Made by a program: the position numbers and the translations under genes
In this document: in pieces, positions 47,036 through 56,904 of the stretch
Numbering within the stretch: the first letter of the stretch is position 1
How the letters are laid out: every line of letters starts with the position of its first letter
IMG/VR virus record: IMGVR_UViG_3300009108_000751
Coordinates: 62,001 to 126,000 of that record
Length of the DNA: 64,000 nucleotides
Direction: 5' to 3' (one strand)
Notes under the pieces: generated by a model
What the model saw: only the letters and a program-made list of their open reading frames with translations
The model's database searches: none
Told to the model about the DNA's origin: nothing

Positions 47036-48004
47036 ATGAGCTTATCGACGACTGAAGAAAAGGTCTCCTTCGTAAGGAGCGTTTTCGGTAAAACCCGGCT
47101 GATGAATGACGGCATTAATGCACACGTCAGATGCCCTGAGTGCGGCAAGGGTGACAAGAAGAAATTTGTAATTAGGTTAGATAACGATTTATGCCACTGC
47201 TTTGTTTGTGGCCTTAAAGGGCGAACCCTAGCGCCCATCCTCAAGAAGTACTTTCCAAAATATCACAGAGAGTATTGCGAGAAGTTTCTGGGAACTGATC
47301 TTGCATCTTCGCCGGATGATGTCGAGAAAGACTTAGAAGTCAGACTACCTGATGATTTCACTCTGCTTGTAGATCCTGCCATAAATCTAGGTGATCCCGA
47401 TATCCGTGATGTTCTTGCTTATCTTAAGCGAAGAGGAATGAAAAACCGGGACATGTGGTACTTTAAGTTCGGAGTCTCTGTTCACAGCGGATTCAGGAGA
47501 CGCGCCATCTTTCCATCGTATGACGCGGAAGGAAAACTTAATTTCTATACAGGTCGAGACATTGACGGTGAAAGGTTTCCCAAGTACTTAAATGCGTCAG
47601 TTGACAAAAAGGAGATGGTCTTCAATGAACTGTTTATTGACTGGTCATCTGAGTTAACGATAGTGGAAGGGCCATTCGATTTAGTTAAATGCAATGATAA
47701 TGCAACATGTCTTCTTGGGTCTTTTCTGGCCCGAGACTCGCTGTTATTCCAAAAGATTATTGAGCATAAGACGCCAGTACTCCTTGCCTTGGATCCTGAT
47801 GCTAAGACAAAAACTATAAAAATAGCACGATCCTTGTTAGAATATGATGTGCCTGTTCGTATGCTCGATCACGGAGAGCATGACGATGTCGGTGACATGA
47901 CGAAGCAAGAGTTCTCAAGGAGGAGGCAACATGCTAAATCGTGGAACAACACACAAGGCCTGTTAGCAAAAATCCAAAATATGACACTAGGAAGCGTCCT
48001 TTAA
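47036..48004 (+). CDS. dnaG: DNA primase, DnaG/T4 gp61-like (Zn finger + Toprim)
   Basis: CPEC...HCFVC zinc finger; FYTGR, KYLN, VEGPFD, LALDPDA, DVGD Toprim motifs. Confidence 0.88.
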   Translation: MSLSTTEEKVSFVRSVFGKTRLMNDGINAHVRCPECGKGDKKKFVIRLDNDLCHCFVCGLKGRTLAPILKKYFPKYHREYCEKFLGTDLASSPDDVEKDLEVRLPDDFTLLVDPAINLGDPDIRDVLAYLKRRGMKNRDMWYFKFGVSVHSGFRRRAIFPSYDAEGKLNFYTGRDIDGERFPKYLNASVDKKEMVFNELFIDWSSELTIVEGPFDLVKCNDNATCLLGSFLARDSLLFQKIIEHKTPVLLALDPDAKTKTIKIARSLLEYDVPVRMLDHGEHDDVGDMTKQEFSRRRQHAKSWNNTQGLLAKIQNMTLGSVL

Positions 48005-48007
48005 TAT

Positions 48008-51000
48008 ATGACAATAAAAGTAGCACACATAGCTGATGTTCACTTTCGCAGCTTATCAAGGCACCAGGAGTACCGTCAGGTTTTCCAGGATTTTGTGCAG
48101 CAGTGTAGAGAGCTAAAACCTGATGTTATCTACGTCGGCGGTGACATCTATCACACAAAGACACAGGGGATCTCTCCTGAGCTGATCGATGAGCTTACAC
48201 ACTGGATGAGAACGCTGGCAGACACAGCACCTCTTCACATGATCCTCGGCAACCATGATGGAAATCTTGTAAATGCCGGCCGACAGGACGCTATTACGCC
48301 CATCTTTGATGCGCTTGATCACCCCAACGCTTTCCTCTACAAGAAATCAGGCATCTATCCAACTGGAGTCCCAGGCTATAACTGGGCAGTCTTCTCATGC
48401 TTTGACGAAGAGGGGTGGAAAGACGTCAAGCCTGTTGAGGGCGAGATCAATATCGCTACTTTCCACGGCTGTGTGGTAGGATCAAAGACAGACCAGAACT
48501 GGGAGCTTGAGGGCGATGTACCCCTTAATTTCTTTGACCCTTACGACTTTACGATGCTGGGAGATATTCACAAGTTCCAGATCCTAAACGAGGAAAAGAC
48601 CGTTGCTTACCCAGGCTCTACAGTCCAGCAAAATTACGGAGAAGACCCAGATAAAGGATTTCTCTTTTGGGATATCAGGTCACCAGATGATTTCGATCTT
48701 ACGTTCCATCGCCTAACTAATCCACACCCCTTTGTCACAGTGGATTGGCAGGGTAATGTGCGTGACACGCTGCATGAGGCCAAGAAGTATAAGAAGGGTT
48801 CACGCTTCAGATTGCGAACCACTGAGAATATTCCCCAGCTTGAGATCAAACAGATTCACAACGAGTTGAAGGTGGCCAGGAATGCCAAAGAAGTCGTTTG
48901 GAAGTTTGATCAAGGGGTCGATGCAAATGACATTGTAGACAGTGAATCTCTTATCAAAAAGGAAGACCTTCGCGATCCTAAAGTACAGATGAAGATCTTA
49001 GGTGAATACGCGACCATCACTAAGTTTGATGACGAGGAATGGGAAGAGATTGGGAAGCTTGTCGATCGATACATTGCACTTGCCACGCAGGATGAGGATG
49101 TGGCGCGCAACGTGAAGTGGTCTATCAAGGAAATTGAGTTTGACAATGTCTTTTCATATGGCAAAGGTAACAAGATTAACTTTGAGAACTTAAACGGTAT
49201 CACTGGTATTCTTGGCAAGAACCGAAGCGGTAAATCCTCTATCGTAGGTACGCTGGTTTACACCCTTTTCAACTCCACTGATCGAGGTTCCATCAAGAAC
49301 CTTCACGTGATCAACAGCCGAAAAGGTCACTGTAGTGCAAAGATGCGTTTCTCAGCCAACAACAAGCGCTACGTTGTGGAGCGCCAAAGCGTACGCAAAG
49401 AAGACAAGAAAGGCCACGTCTCAGCTATTACATCCCTGAACTTCTACCGCGAGGATCCAATGGGTAACGTGATCGAGGATCTCAATGGTGAGCAGAGAAC
49501 CCAGACTGAGAAGGTTATACGTAAGATGCTAGGAAACTCTGAGGATTTCTTGATCACATCCTTAGCGACTCAAGGAAGCATGAACCACTTTATCTCTCAC
49601 GGTTCATCTCATCGGAAGACTATACTTTCCAAGTTTCTCGATCTTGATATCTTTGAGCGCATGGCTGAGTTTGTCAAGCATGACTCCGCATCGATCCGAG
49701 GCAAGATGAGCAACTATCCTGAGCGTGACTGGAATGCTTCAATTGTTGCCCTTAGGAATAAGCGCCGCAAGTACGATGCACAGATCGAGGAAATAGAGCA
49801 TGAACTGGCATCCTTTCGAGAAGACCAGCAAAAGCTTCAGATACAGCTAAGTAACTTTACCGAGGCTGATCTCGTCGACGAGCGTGAGGTTGATGAACAG
49901 AAGGAAGAGCTTCGAAAGGCAAAAGAAAAGTTCGATGATCTTACAGAGAAATGTGACCAATGCGTCGACGAGATTGAAAAGCTGAGCGAACAGGTTGAGG
50001 CCATCGAGGCAGTCAAGGAGCAGTTTCCTATTTCCGAGATTCGTGAGCAGTACGAGAACCTCCAGGATCTGGAGCGCTCCCTCACTAATCTGGAGCACCA
50101 ACGCGAGGTGGCGCGCCAACTCTACAAGAGCCAAGAACGTTCAGTGAAAATTTTAGATGAGGTCCCTTGCGGCGACCAGTTCCCCACTTGCAAATTCATT
50201 AAAGACTCACATAAGAACAGCAGGCTTATCGCCAAGCAGAAAGAGATTATCGACGAGCAGTCATCTGAACTACGAGCGATTCGACGAGCAGTAAAGAAGT
50301 TGCAGGAGCAGAATCTTAAGGAGAAGATCGACAAGTATGACACGCTTCTTACGAGGCTGTCTGATACGGAAGTAAAGGTATCCCGTAAGCAGTCTGAGTA
50401 CGATCTTTTCTCACGTGACTTGGACGTGGCTGAGGATCATATGCTTCGATGCAAAAAAGTCCTGGTGGAGATGAAGCTTCGTGTTAATACATCAAACCTA
50501 ACTGAGGCAGCTCGTAGAGTTAAGGATATGCTGGGCGACATTAACAGCCAGATTAAAAAGAAGGACGCGCAGCGCATTTCCGCAGCAGAAATGAAAGGAA
50601 ATACCGATAGCCAGATTAAAAAGCTACAGACTGAACGTGATGACTTTGCTGAACTGAGAAAAACCTGGAAGATGTATGACTTTCTCATGAAGTCCTGGTC
50701 CAAGAAGGGTATTCCCACTCAGATTATTCGAACGCAGCTTCCTGTTATCAATACAGAGATCGAGAAGATCTTAAGTAGCGTCACAGACTTTACTGTTAAG
50801 CTTGAAGCTGATAACGACTCTAACGCTCTTGATATTTTCCTAGACTATGGTGACAGCAAGCGTATTATTGAGCTGGCTTCTGGTATGGAAAAGATGATAT
50901 CTTCTCTAGCAATGCGGGTGGCCTTGCTAAATGTTTCATCTCTTCCGAAGACAGATATGCTCATCATCGACGAAGGTTTTGGCACCCTTGATGAGACAAA

Positions 51001-51151
51001 TGTTGAGGCATGTAACAGGCTTTTAACTTCCCTTAAGAAGTGGTTTAAGAATATTCTTGTGATCACTCACGTTGATTCTGTGAAAGATGTCGTCGATCAA
51101 GCGATTGAGATCGGAAACAAAGGTATAGATTCCTATGTCCACCTTGAATAG
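48008..51151 (+). CDS. Fused Mre11/SbcD nuclease - Rad50/SbcC ATPase (T4 gp47-gp46 equivalent)
   Basis: HIADVH, GGDIYH, GNHD, GDIH phosphoesterase motifs; Walker A GKNRSGKSS; coiled coil; ASGMEK signature; Walker B LIIDEGFGTLD; ITH. Confidence 0.93.
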   Translation: MTIKVAHIADVHFRSLSRHQEYRQVFQDFVQQCRELKPDVIYVGGDIYHTKTQGISPELIDELTHWMRTLADTAPLHMILGNHDGNLVNAGRQDAITPIFDALDHPNAFLYKKSGIYPTGVPGYNWAVFSCFDEEGWKDVKPVEGEINIATFHGCVVGSKTDQNWELEGDVPLNFFDPYDFTMLGDIHKFQILNEEKTVAYPGSTVQQNYGEDPDKGFLFWDIRSPDDFDLTFHRLTNPHPFVTVDWQGNVRDTLHEAKKYKKGSRFRLRTTENIPQLEIKQIHNELKVARNAKEVVWKFDQGVDANDIVDSESLIKKEDLRDPKVQMKILGEYATITKFDDEEWEEIGKLVDRYIALATQDEDVARNVKWSIKEIEFDNVFSYGKGNKINFENLNGITGILGKNRSGKSSIVGTLVYTLFNSTDRGSIKNLHVINSRKGHCSAKMRFSANNKRYVVERQSVRKEDKKGHVSAITSLNFYREDPMGNVIEDLNGEQRTQTEKVIRKMLGNSEDFLITSLATQGSMNHFISHGSSHRKTILSKFLDLDIFERMAEFVKHDSASIRGKMSNYPERDWNASIVALRNKRRKYDAQIEEIEHELASFREDQQKLQIQLSNFTEADLVDEREVDEQKEELRKAKEKFDDLTEKCDQCVDEIEKLSEQVEAIEAVKEQFPISEIREQYENLQDLERSLTNLEHQREVARQLYKSQERSVKILDEVPCGDQFPTCKFIKDSHKNSRLIAKQKEIIDEQSSELRAIRRAVKKLQEQNLKEKIDKYDTLLTRLSDTEVKVSRKQSEYDLFSRDLDVAEDHMLRCKKVLVEMKLRVNTSNLTEAARRVKDMLGDINSQIKKKDAQRISAAEMKGNTDSQIKKLQTERDDFAELRKTWKMYDFLMKSWSKKGIPTQIIRTQLPVINTEIEKILSSVTDFTVKLEADNDSNALDIFLDYGDSKRIIELASGMEKMISSLAMRVALLNVSSLPKTDMLIIDEGFGTLDETNVEACNRLLTSLKKWFKNILVITHVDSVKDVVDQAIEIGNKGIDSYVHLE

Positions 51152-51422
51152 AGAAATAACATATCATGAAGACGGCTTTGTAATAAGTAAAGAGCCTGAC
51201 AATTCAACCCAACCCCTAGACTGTCCCGTATGCGGATATTTCATGCTAACCGACACAGATTCTCATGCCTGGAACGAATACAGCTGCTGTCACGAATGCA
51301 CTATCACATGGGCAGAAGGCCCAAATAAGAAAAAATGGAAATCAGGCTGGCGACCCGACCCAGAAGTGATCAGCGCAGAAGTGAAAAGACGCAGCAAGAT
51401 CGTTCCTCGGTTAAAATTGTGA
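51135..51422 (+). CDS. Small Cys-rich putative zinc-binding protein
   Basis: CPVC...CCHEC followed by W...KKKWKSGWRP; overlaps stop of Mre11-Rad50 gene. Confidence 0.65.
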   Translation: MSTLNREITYHEDGFVISKEPDNSTQPLDCPVCGYFMLTDTDSHAWNEYSCCHECTITWAEGPNKKKWKSGWRPDPEVISAEVKRRSKIVPRLKL

Positions 51423-51431
51423 TTATGCGTG

Positions 51432-51440
51432 ATAGTTAAT
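51432..51440 (+). promoter_or_regulatory. Candidate late promoter ATAGTTAAT
   Basis: Intergenic, upstream of 141-aa/TerL pair. Confidence 0.55.
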
Positions 51441-51465
51441 AACGTTCCATTGTGAGGTAATTAGT

Positions 51466-51891
51466 ATGCTTTCATCCGAAGACGTAAATGCGATTGGTCA
51501 ACTAACCAATACAACCTTTGGTTACTCATCCACAGGTGAGACCACCTATCAAGTCCCGGCAGGTCGTTCAATCACTTGTAAACTAAGTGGTGAATCCGGC
51601 GAAGACCAACTTATAGTTAAGTTCGTCACTGTCATCACTTTGCACGAATCTGAAAGAAACCTTTTAGATCCCAAGAATCCGGCAGCGCAGCAAGCAGAGC
51701 TCGAATCTATCAAGATGATAAAAGACTACACTGACAATCTTAAGAAGTCTTATAAGGATTCGATGGATAAAAGCTTAAAGCTAAAAGAAGTTAGTAGCAC
51801 AGACAGTATTGAGCTGGTAAACTACAATATTTTTAGCCCGGTGAGACAAGTATATTACAGACGAAACACGGTCTATAACGTGAGCATCTAA
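51466..51891 (+). CDS. Hypothetical protein coupled to TerL
   Basis: GAGGT RBS at 51454; TAATG overlap with TerL. No small-terminase motif recognised. Confidence 0.65.
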   Translation: MLSSEDVNAIGQLTNTTFGYSSTGETTYQVPAGRSITCKLSGESGEDQLIVKFVTVITLHESERNLLDPKNPAAQQAELESIKMIKDYTDNLKKSYKDSMDKSLKLKEVSSTDSIELVNYNIFSPVRQVYYRRNTVYNVSI

Positions 51892-53495
51892 TGGCTTCTA
51901 AGCCAGGAAAACAAGCTCAAGTAAAAGAGATCATCCAGTGCGGAAAAGACTCTCTTTACTTCATGCAAAAATATGTAAAGATCCAGCATCCCACTAGAGG
52001 TTTGATCTCATTTGACACGTTTCCATTTCAAGATGACTGTGTCACGCATTTTAACGATAATCGATTTAATGTTATTCTCAAGTCCCGACAGCTAGGGCTC
52101 TCCACCCTGGTCGCGGCCTACGCATTATGGATGGGGATCTTCCAGCGAGACAAGAACATACTGGTTATTGCGACAAAGCTTTCAGTCGCTCAAAACTTCA
52201 TTAGAAAAGTCAAGGTAATGCTGAGGTCACTACCTCCGTGGCTTGTATTACCTGAAGTTACCGCTGATAACAAGCAGACAATAGAGTTTAGTCACGGCTC
52301 AGTTATCAAGGCTATTCCAACCTCCGATGATGCAGGTCGTTCTGAAGCGCTGTCGCTTCTCATTATAGATGAGGCCGCATTCGTTAAGAACTTTGATACG
52401 CTGTGGATGGGTTTATATCCTACCTTATCCACAGGTGGTCGAGCCATTGTTCTCTCTACTCCAAATGGCGTGGGCGGTCAATATCATAAGCTCTACACAG
52501 AAGCAATGTTAGGTGAGAATGAGTTTAACTCAATTAACTTACCCTGGAGCGTGCATCCAGAGAGAGATGAAGAGTGGTTCCAGAGAGAAACTCGCAACAT
52601 GTCAAAGAGGCAGATTGCCCAAGAGCTTCTGTGTGACTTTGTGGCATCAGGTGAGACATTTCTTCAATCTGATCATCTTGAGTGGATTAGGGAGAATATT
52701 CGAGAGCCAAGAGAAAGAAAATTTGAAGACAGGAATTTGTGGGTCTGGGAGAACCCATTGTCTGCTCACAAGTATGTAATGTCTGCAGACGTCTCTCGAG
52801 GAGATGCAAAGGATTATTCCACATGCCACGTCATCGATGTTACGACATCGGAAATTGTCGCTGAATACAAAGGTAAAATACCACCAGATAGATTTGGGGA
52901 AATGCTAGATGATCTAGGGCGTCAGTACAACAATGCTTTACTAGCCCCTGAAAACAACACCTTTGGCTACACTACTGTTATGAAACTAAAAGAGCTTAAT
53001 TACCCTAATCTTTACTATCAAAAAGCCCGCGGTGTTTACCTGGGAAGCTACACACCCCAGTCTGAGAAAGAAGTGGGTGGATTTTCCACGCAAGGACAGT
53101 CTCGAGTTCAAATTATTTCTAAGCTCGAAGAGATGATTCGTAACAAGATGCTTAAGACATACTCACAGCGCCTTTATGATGAGCTTAAAACCTTTGTCTG
53201 GAAAGGGCAAAAACCCCAGGCAATGAAAGGCCAGCACGATGATCTCGTGATGAGCTTAGCGATTGGAACCTGGCTTTTCGATATATACGGAGGCGGTGGC
53301 GGATCGTCTAATTCTGACCTTAACGAAGCAATGATCGCAGCAATGTCTACGGAGTCTCGTCCTGCCTCTGATCTTTCTCAAGATAGAAGAGCACCGTTCC
53401 CTACCAACCCATTCAAACCTGTCCAGCAAGAATCGTGGGAAAAGGGTAATAAAGGGTTTGACCCTAAGAGAGATTATGACTGGTTGCTTAAATAG
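51891..53495 (+). CDS. gp17: Terminase large subunit, T4 gp17-like
   Basis: KSRQLGLST Walker A, LLIIDEAAF Walker B, STPNG, SADVSRG...DYS and HDDLVMS nuclease motifs. Confidence 0.95.
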   Translation: MASKPGKQAQVKEIIQCGKDSLYFMQKYVKIQHPTRGLISFDTFPFQDDCVTHFNDNRFNVILKSRQLGLSTLVAAYALWMGIFQRDKNILVIATKLSVAQNFIRKVKVMLRSLPPWLVLPEVTADNKQTIEFSHGSVIKAIPTSDDAGRSEALSLLIIDEAAFVKNFDTLWMGLYPTLSTGGRAIVLSTPNGVGGQYHKLYTEAMLGENEFNSINLPWSVHPERDEEWFQRETRNMSKRQIAQELLCDFVASGETFLQSDHLEWIRENIREPRERKFEDRNLWVWENPLSAHKYVMSADVSRGDAKDYSTCHVIDVTTSEIVAEYKGKIPPDRFGEMLDDLGRQYNNALLAPENNTFGYTTVMKLKELNYPNLYYQKARGVYLGSYTPQSEKEVGGFSTQGQSRVQIISKLEEMIRNKMLKTYSQRLYDELKTFVWKGQKPQAMKGQHDDLVMSLAIGTWLFDIYGGGGGSSNSDLNEAMIAAMSTESRPASDLSQDRRAPFPTNPFKPVQQESWEKGNKGFDPKRDYDWLLK

Positions 53496-53518
53496 CTTTA
53501 CAAAACCCACAAAAGATT

Positions 53519-53525
53519 ATATTTA
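53519..53525 (+). promoter_or_regulatory. Candidate late promoter ATATTTA
   Basis: Intergenic upstream of portal gene. Confidence 0.55.
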
Positions 53526-53568
53526 TTTGACGTAGTGCTCACTACCTCTAATGTAGGAGCGGCAAAGA

Positions 53569-55464
53569 ATGGCCGAAAACGATAATTTCTTTAATAGGCT
53601 CACCAGGCTCTTTAGATCTGGCCCACTTGTTAAGAGAAAAGTTAAAGCAGCGAGAGCTCCCAACATGGGAACTCTTCTCCAGCAGTTTCAAAAATCTCAA
53701 AGTCACGTTTACGCAAACGCGATCAGCGCATACGGGATGTACGATCGCATGTCCCGATATGCCGACTTCCAGGAAATGGAAGCAACTCCTGAGATTGCAT
53801 CTGCTCTCGACATCTATGCAGATGAGTCCGTATCACAAGATGAGGTCGGACGCTGCTTGCACATCTATTCAGAGAATGATAAGATTAGAAGGGTTTTAGA
53901 GGAGCTTTTTTATGACAACCTCAACATCGACTTCAATCTTAATCCATGGGCAAGAAATCTTTGTAAGTACGGGGACTTCTTTCTCTTTCTAGACATATCT
54001 CCAGAATACGGTGTCCTGAACGGGATTCCGATCCCTGTTAATGAGATCGAACGCGAAGAAGGCTTTGATCCTGATGATCCGATGGCAGTGCGATTCCGGT
54101 GGGTAACTCAAGGAAATAAGATTCTTGAGAACTGGCAGATCGCCCACTTTAGGCTTTTAGGTAACGATGCATTTCTCCCCTATGGCTCTTCTGTTATCGA
54201 ACCAGCACGAAGGATTTGGCGACAGCTTATCCTCATTGAAGATGCAATGCTTGTTTATCGCGTGATTCGTTCACCGGAACGACGGGTTTTTAAAATCGAT
54301 GTCGGAAACGTTCCACCAGAAGAAGTTCAAAACTACATGCAGCAGGCGAAGTCTGCGCTTAGAAGCTCGCAAGTTGTAGACAAAACTACGGGACGTGTCG
54401 ATCTTCGCTACAACCCGCTTTCAGTTGATGAAGATTATTTCCTTCCCGTCCGCGGCCAAGCAGATGGTACTGCTATCGATACACTTGCAGGCGGGCAGAA
54501 CACCACAGCTATTGAGGATGTTGAGTACATCCAAAAGAAACTTTTTGCGGCACTTAAGGTTCCAAAGGCTTACTTGGGCTACGACGAAATGCTTAGCTCT
54601 AAAGCAACATTGGCCCAAGAAGATATTCGTTTCTCTAGGACGATCAACAAGGTCCAAAGGGTCATGATATCAGAGCTTAACAAGATCGCAGCTGTTCATC
54701 TTTATGCTAACGGCTTTGACGGAGAAGATCTTGTAGACTTCACTCTTAAGCTTTCAAATCCATCAACCATAGCACAACAACAAAAGCTTGAGCTCTTTAG
54801 AACAAAGTTCGAAATCGCCGGCCAATCACCTGAAGGTATGCTTTCTAGAGACTTCTTGAGAAAACGTGTTCTCGGTCTTACAAACGAAGAAATCAAGATG
54901 ATTGAAGAGCAAAAAGAAGAAGATAAGATGCGTGATCTGGAGGTTGAAGCTATTACGCTTCCTGAGACTGAAGGTGAAGCTGCATCCCCTGCAGGCATTG
55001 ACTTAGGCGAGGAAGAACCTGCCCCACCCGAAGAAGAAGATCTTGAGACAGCACAAGAGAAAAAGGGTGATGACTTACTTTTAGGGACTGATGATGTTCC
55101 CCAAGAGGAAGCAGAAGAAAAGCCGGCAAAATCCGAAAAGCCTGTAAAAGCAAGCTCAAATGTAAAGGGGCCCAACAAGCCACGATCAGCTAACAAAGCG
55201 TTTGATGGAAGAGTTTATCAACTGAGGCCGCAAGGTTCCCCGGGATACACAAGCTCTAAGAAAGAAAGATACATTAATAACAGTCTTGGTGACAAGGAAG
55301 CTATTAGCCCAGACTTAAGTGTTAGGTTCGAAAGTCAAGTGAATAGACAAAACCAGATGTCTGCACAGCTCAAACAGACTTTAAAAAGCCTTGAGAAAAG
55401 CATAGGTAATATAGGAAAGTCCTCTGCTTTGCTCGTTGAGGGAGATAATGATGACGAGACATAA
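53569..55464 (+). CDS. gp20: Portal protein, T4 gp20-like, with acidic C-terminal extension
   Basis: PEIASALDIYADE, LCKYGDFF, EDAMLVYRVIRSPERRVFKIDVGN, EDYFLP, DVEYIQKKLFAALKVPK motifs. Confidence 0.95.
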   Translation: MAENDNFFNRLTRLFRSGPLVKRKVKAARAPNMGTLLQQFQKSQSHVYANAISAYGMYDRMSRYADFQEMEATPEIASALDIYADESVSQDEVGRCLHIYSENDKIRRVLEELFYDNLNIDFNLNPWARNLCKYGDFFLFLDISPEYGVLNGIPIPVNEIEREEGFDPDDPMAVRFRWVTQGNKILENWQIAHFRLLGNDAFLPYGSSVIEPARRIWRQLILIEDAMLVYRVIRSPERRVFKIDVGNVPPEEVQNYMQQAKSALRSSQVVDKTTGRVDLRYNPLSVDEDYFLPVRGQADGTAIDTLAGGQNTTAIEDVEYIQKKLFAALKVPKAYLGYDEMLSSKATLAQEDIRFSRTINKVQRVMISELNKIAAVHLYANGFDGEDLVDFTLKLSNPSTIAQQQKLELFRTKFEIAGQSPEGMLSRDFLRKRVLGLTNEEIKMIEEQKEEDKMRDLEVEAITLPETEGEAASPAGIDLGEEEPAPPEEEDLETAQEKKGDDLLLGTDDVPQEEAEEKPAKSEKPVKASSNVKGPNKPRSANKAFDGRVYQLRPQGSPGYTSSKKERYINNSLGDKEAISPDLSVRFESQVNRQNQMSAQLKQTLKSLEKSIGNIGKSSALLVEGDNDDET

Positions 55465-56284
55465 TAAAAAAAGAAACTCTGGCCTTCTTTACGAGTTTTT
55501 AGTAAGAAAGATTTCTCGATCTTTAGTGGAGGGCGACAATAGTAGCGCCAACATTTCTAAGAATATTCTAAAAAAATATTTTTCTACTGGGACCGAAGTT
55601 CACAAAGAGTACAGGCTTATCAATGCTCTTGTTAATGTTCCCGTAGGAAGTGAGGCTGTTGCACAAGCAGTTTTACAGGAAGCAAGAAATGCATCACGCA
55701 GGTTCGACTCTAAGATGCTGAGGACTGAGAAAGATAATTTGATAAGAGAGATAAATCATGAATTTGGGCCTGAGGCAGTCTATGCTGAATCAGTTCCAGA
55801 CTATAAGTCATATGCTACGGCTTCTACTCTTGTGAAGTACTGGAGAGAAGAAAAGGAACTTGATCTTAGTACAGTCGTTAGATACGAAAAAGTTCTTATC
55901 GAATCTTTGGCACGCCCCCTTGAAGAAAAAATAATAGAGGAAGCAGATCCTCAAGTTGACAATCTCGTAGTCAAAGTTGCGACTGATAAGATGCAAAGAA
56001 AATATGAGACAAGACTGAATAAAACGCAATCAGATCTTATCAATCTTTACGCAGTTGAAAACAAGCACGATGCCACGAGAGAGATGATTGAGGGCATCGT
56101 AGAAAGCACGCTGGCAAATTTAAAAGCTTACGGTGCATCCCAAAATGAAAGTTTTGCAAGCAAGGTTCAAAGCGTATCTGAAAGCATTAGAAGCCTCAAT
56201 ATCGAAGAAGTCAATGATACCCTTATTGCTAAAACCCTGGAGATCGTTGAGCTAAATGAAGAATTACAGGGAGCTATAAAATGA
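55448..56284 (+). CDS. Hypothetical head-module protein (HNKKRN start) between portal and protease
   Basis: GAGGGAG RBS favours ATG 55448; all-helical; position analogous to T4 gp67/68. Confidence 0.6.
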   Translation: MMTRHNKKRNSGLLYEFLVRKISRSLVEGDNSSANISKNILKKYFSTGTEVHKEYRLINALVNVPVGSEAVAQAVLQEARNASRRFDSKMLRTEKDNLIREINHEFGPEAVYAESVPDYKSYATASTLVKYWREEKELDLSTVVRYEKVLIESLARPLEEKIIEEADPQVDNLVVKVATDKMQRKYETRLNKTQSDLINLYAVENKHDATREMIEGIVESTLANLKAYGASQNESFASKVQSVSESIRSLNIEEVNDTLIAKTLEIVELNEELQGAIK

Positions 56285-56904
56285 AATTATTGACCGAGTG
56301 CATGACATTTGAATATGATTCGAATCTTATTAAAGAGCAGGCGCAAACTGAGGATGGTAGATTTCTTATGAAGGGAGTTTTGCAGAAAGCAAATACTCTT
56401 AACCAGAATGGGCGAGTTTATCCCCTTGATATTCTCCGGAGAGAGGTGCAGAACTACCAGCGATTTATCGATGAAGGTAGAGCTCTTGGCGAACTAGATC
56501 ACCCGGATACTTCTGTTGTTGAACTAAAGAATGTTTCTCATGTAATTCGAGAAGCACATATGGATGGCGACATCTGCTACGGAACTCTTGAGGTCCTAGA
56601 TACACCGAACGGGCAAATATTAAAGAGCTTGGTTGAGAGTGGTATCAAGATAGGCATTTCTTCTCGCGGCGTAGGCTCTACGCGAAGCGAAGGCGGCCAC
56701 CAAGTTGTTCAAGATGATTTCCAATTAATTTGCTGGGATATCGTGTCAGAGCCTTCAACACCAGGTGCCTTCGTAATGAAGGAAGGTAGAGACCTAACAC
56801 CGGATGAGATCGCCCAGGTTCAAGCTTATTTTGGTCCAGGAGACAAGATCAACCGGATCATGAATTCAATTTTAGAATGGAATGGAGACGCAAATGCCTC
56901 TTGA
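56281..56904 (+). CDS. gp21: Prohead core protease, T4 gp21-like
   Basis: NQNGRVYP, ALGELDHP (catalytic His), GISSRGVGS (catalytic Ser), WDIVSEPST. Confidence 0.93.
   Translation: MKLLTECMTFEYDSNLIKEQAQTEDGRFLMKGVLQKANTLNQNGRVYPLDILRREVQNYQRFIDEGRALGELDHPDTSVVELKNVSHVIREAHMDGDICYGTLEVLDTPNGQILKSLVESGIKIGISSRGVGSTRSEGGHQVVQDDFQLICWDIVSEPSTPGAFVMKEGRDLTPDEIAQVQAYFGPGDKINRIMNSILEWNGDANAS

Noticed and set aside
51466-51891. Small terminase assignment for the ORF coupled to TerL (or for 3045-3368)
   Set aside because: Position is suggestive, but no gp16-like or HTH motif was recognisable; left as hypothetical.
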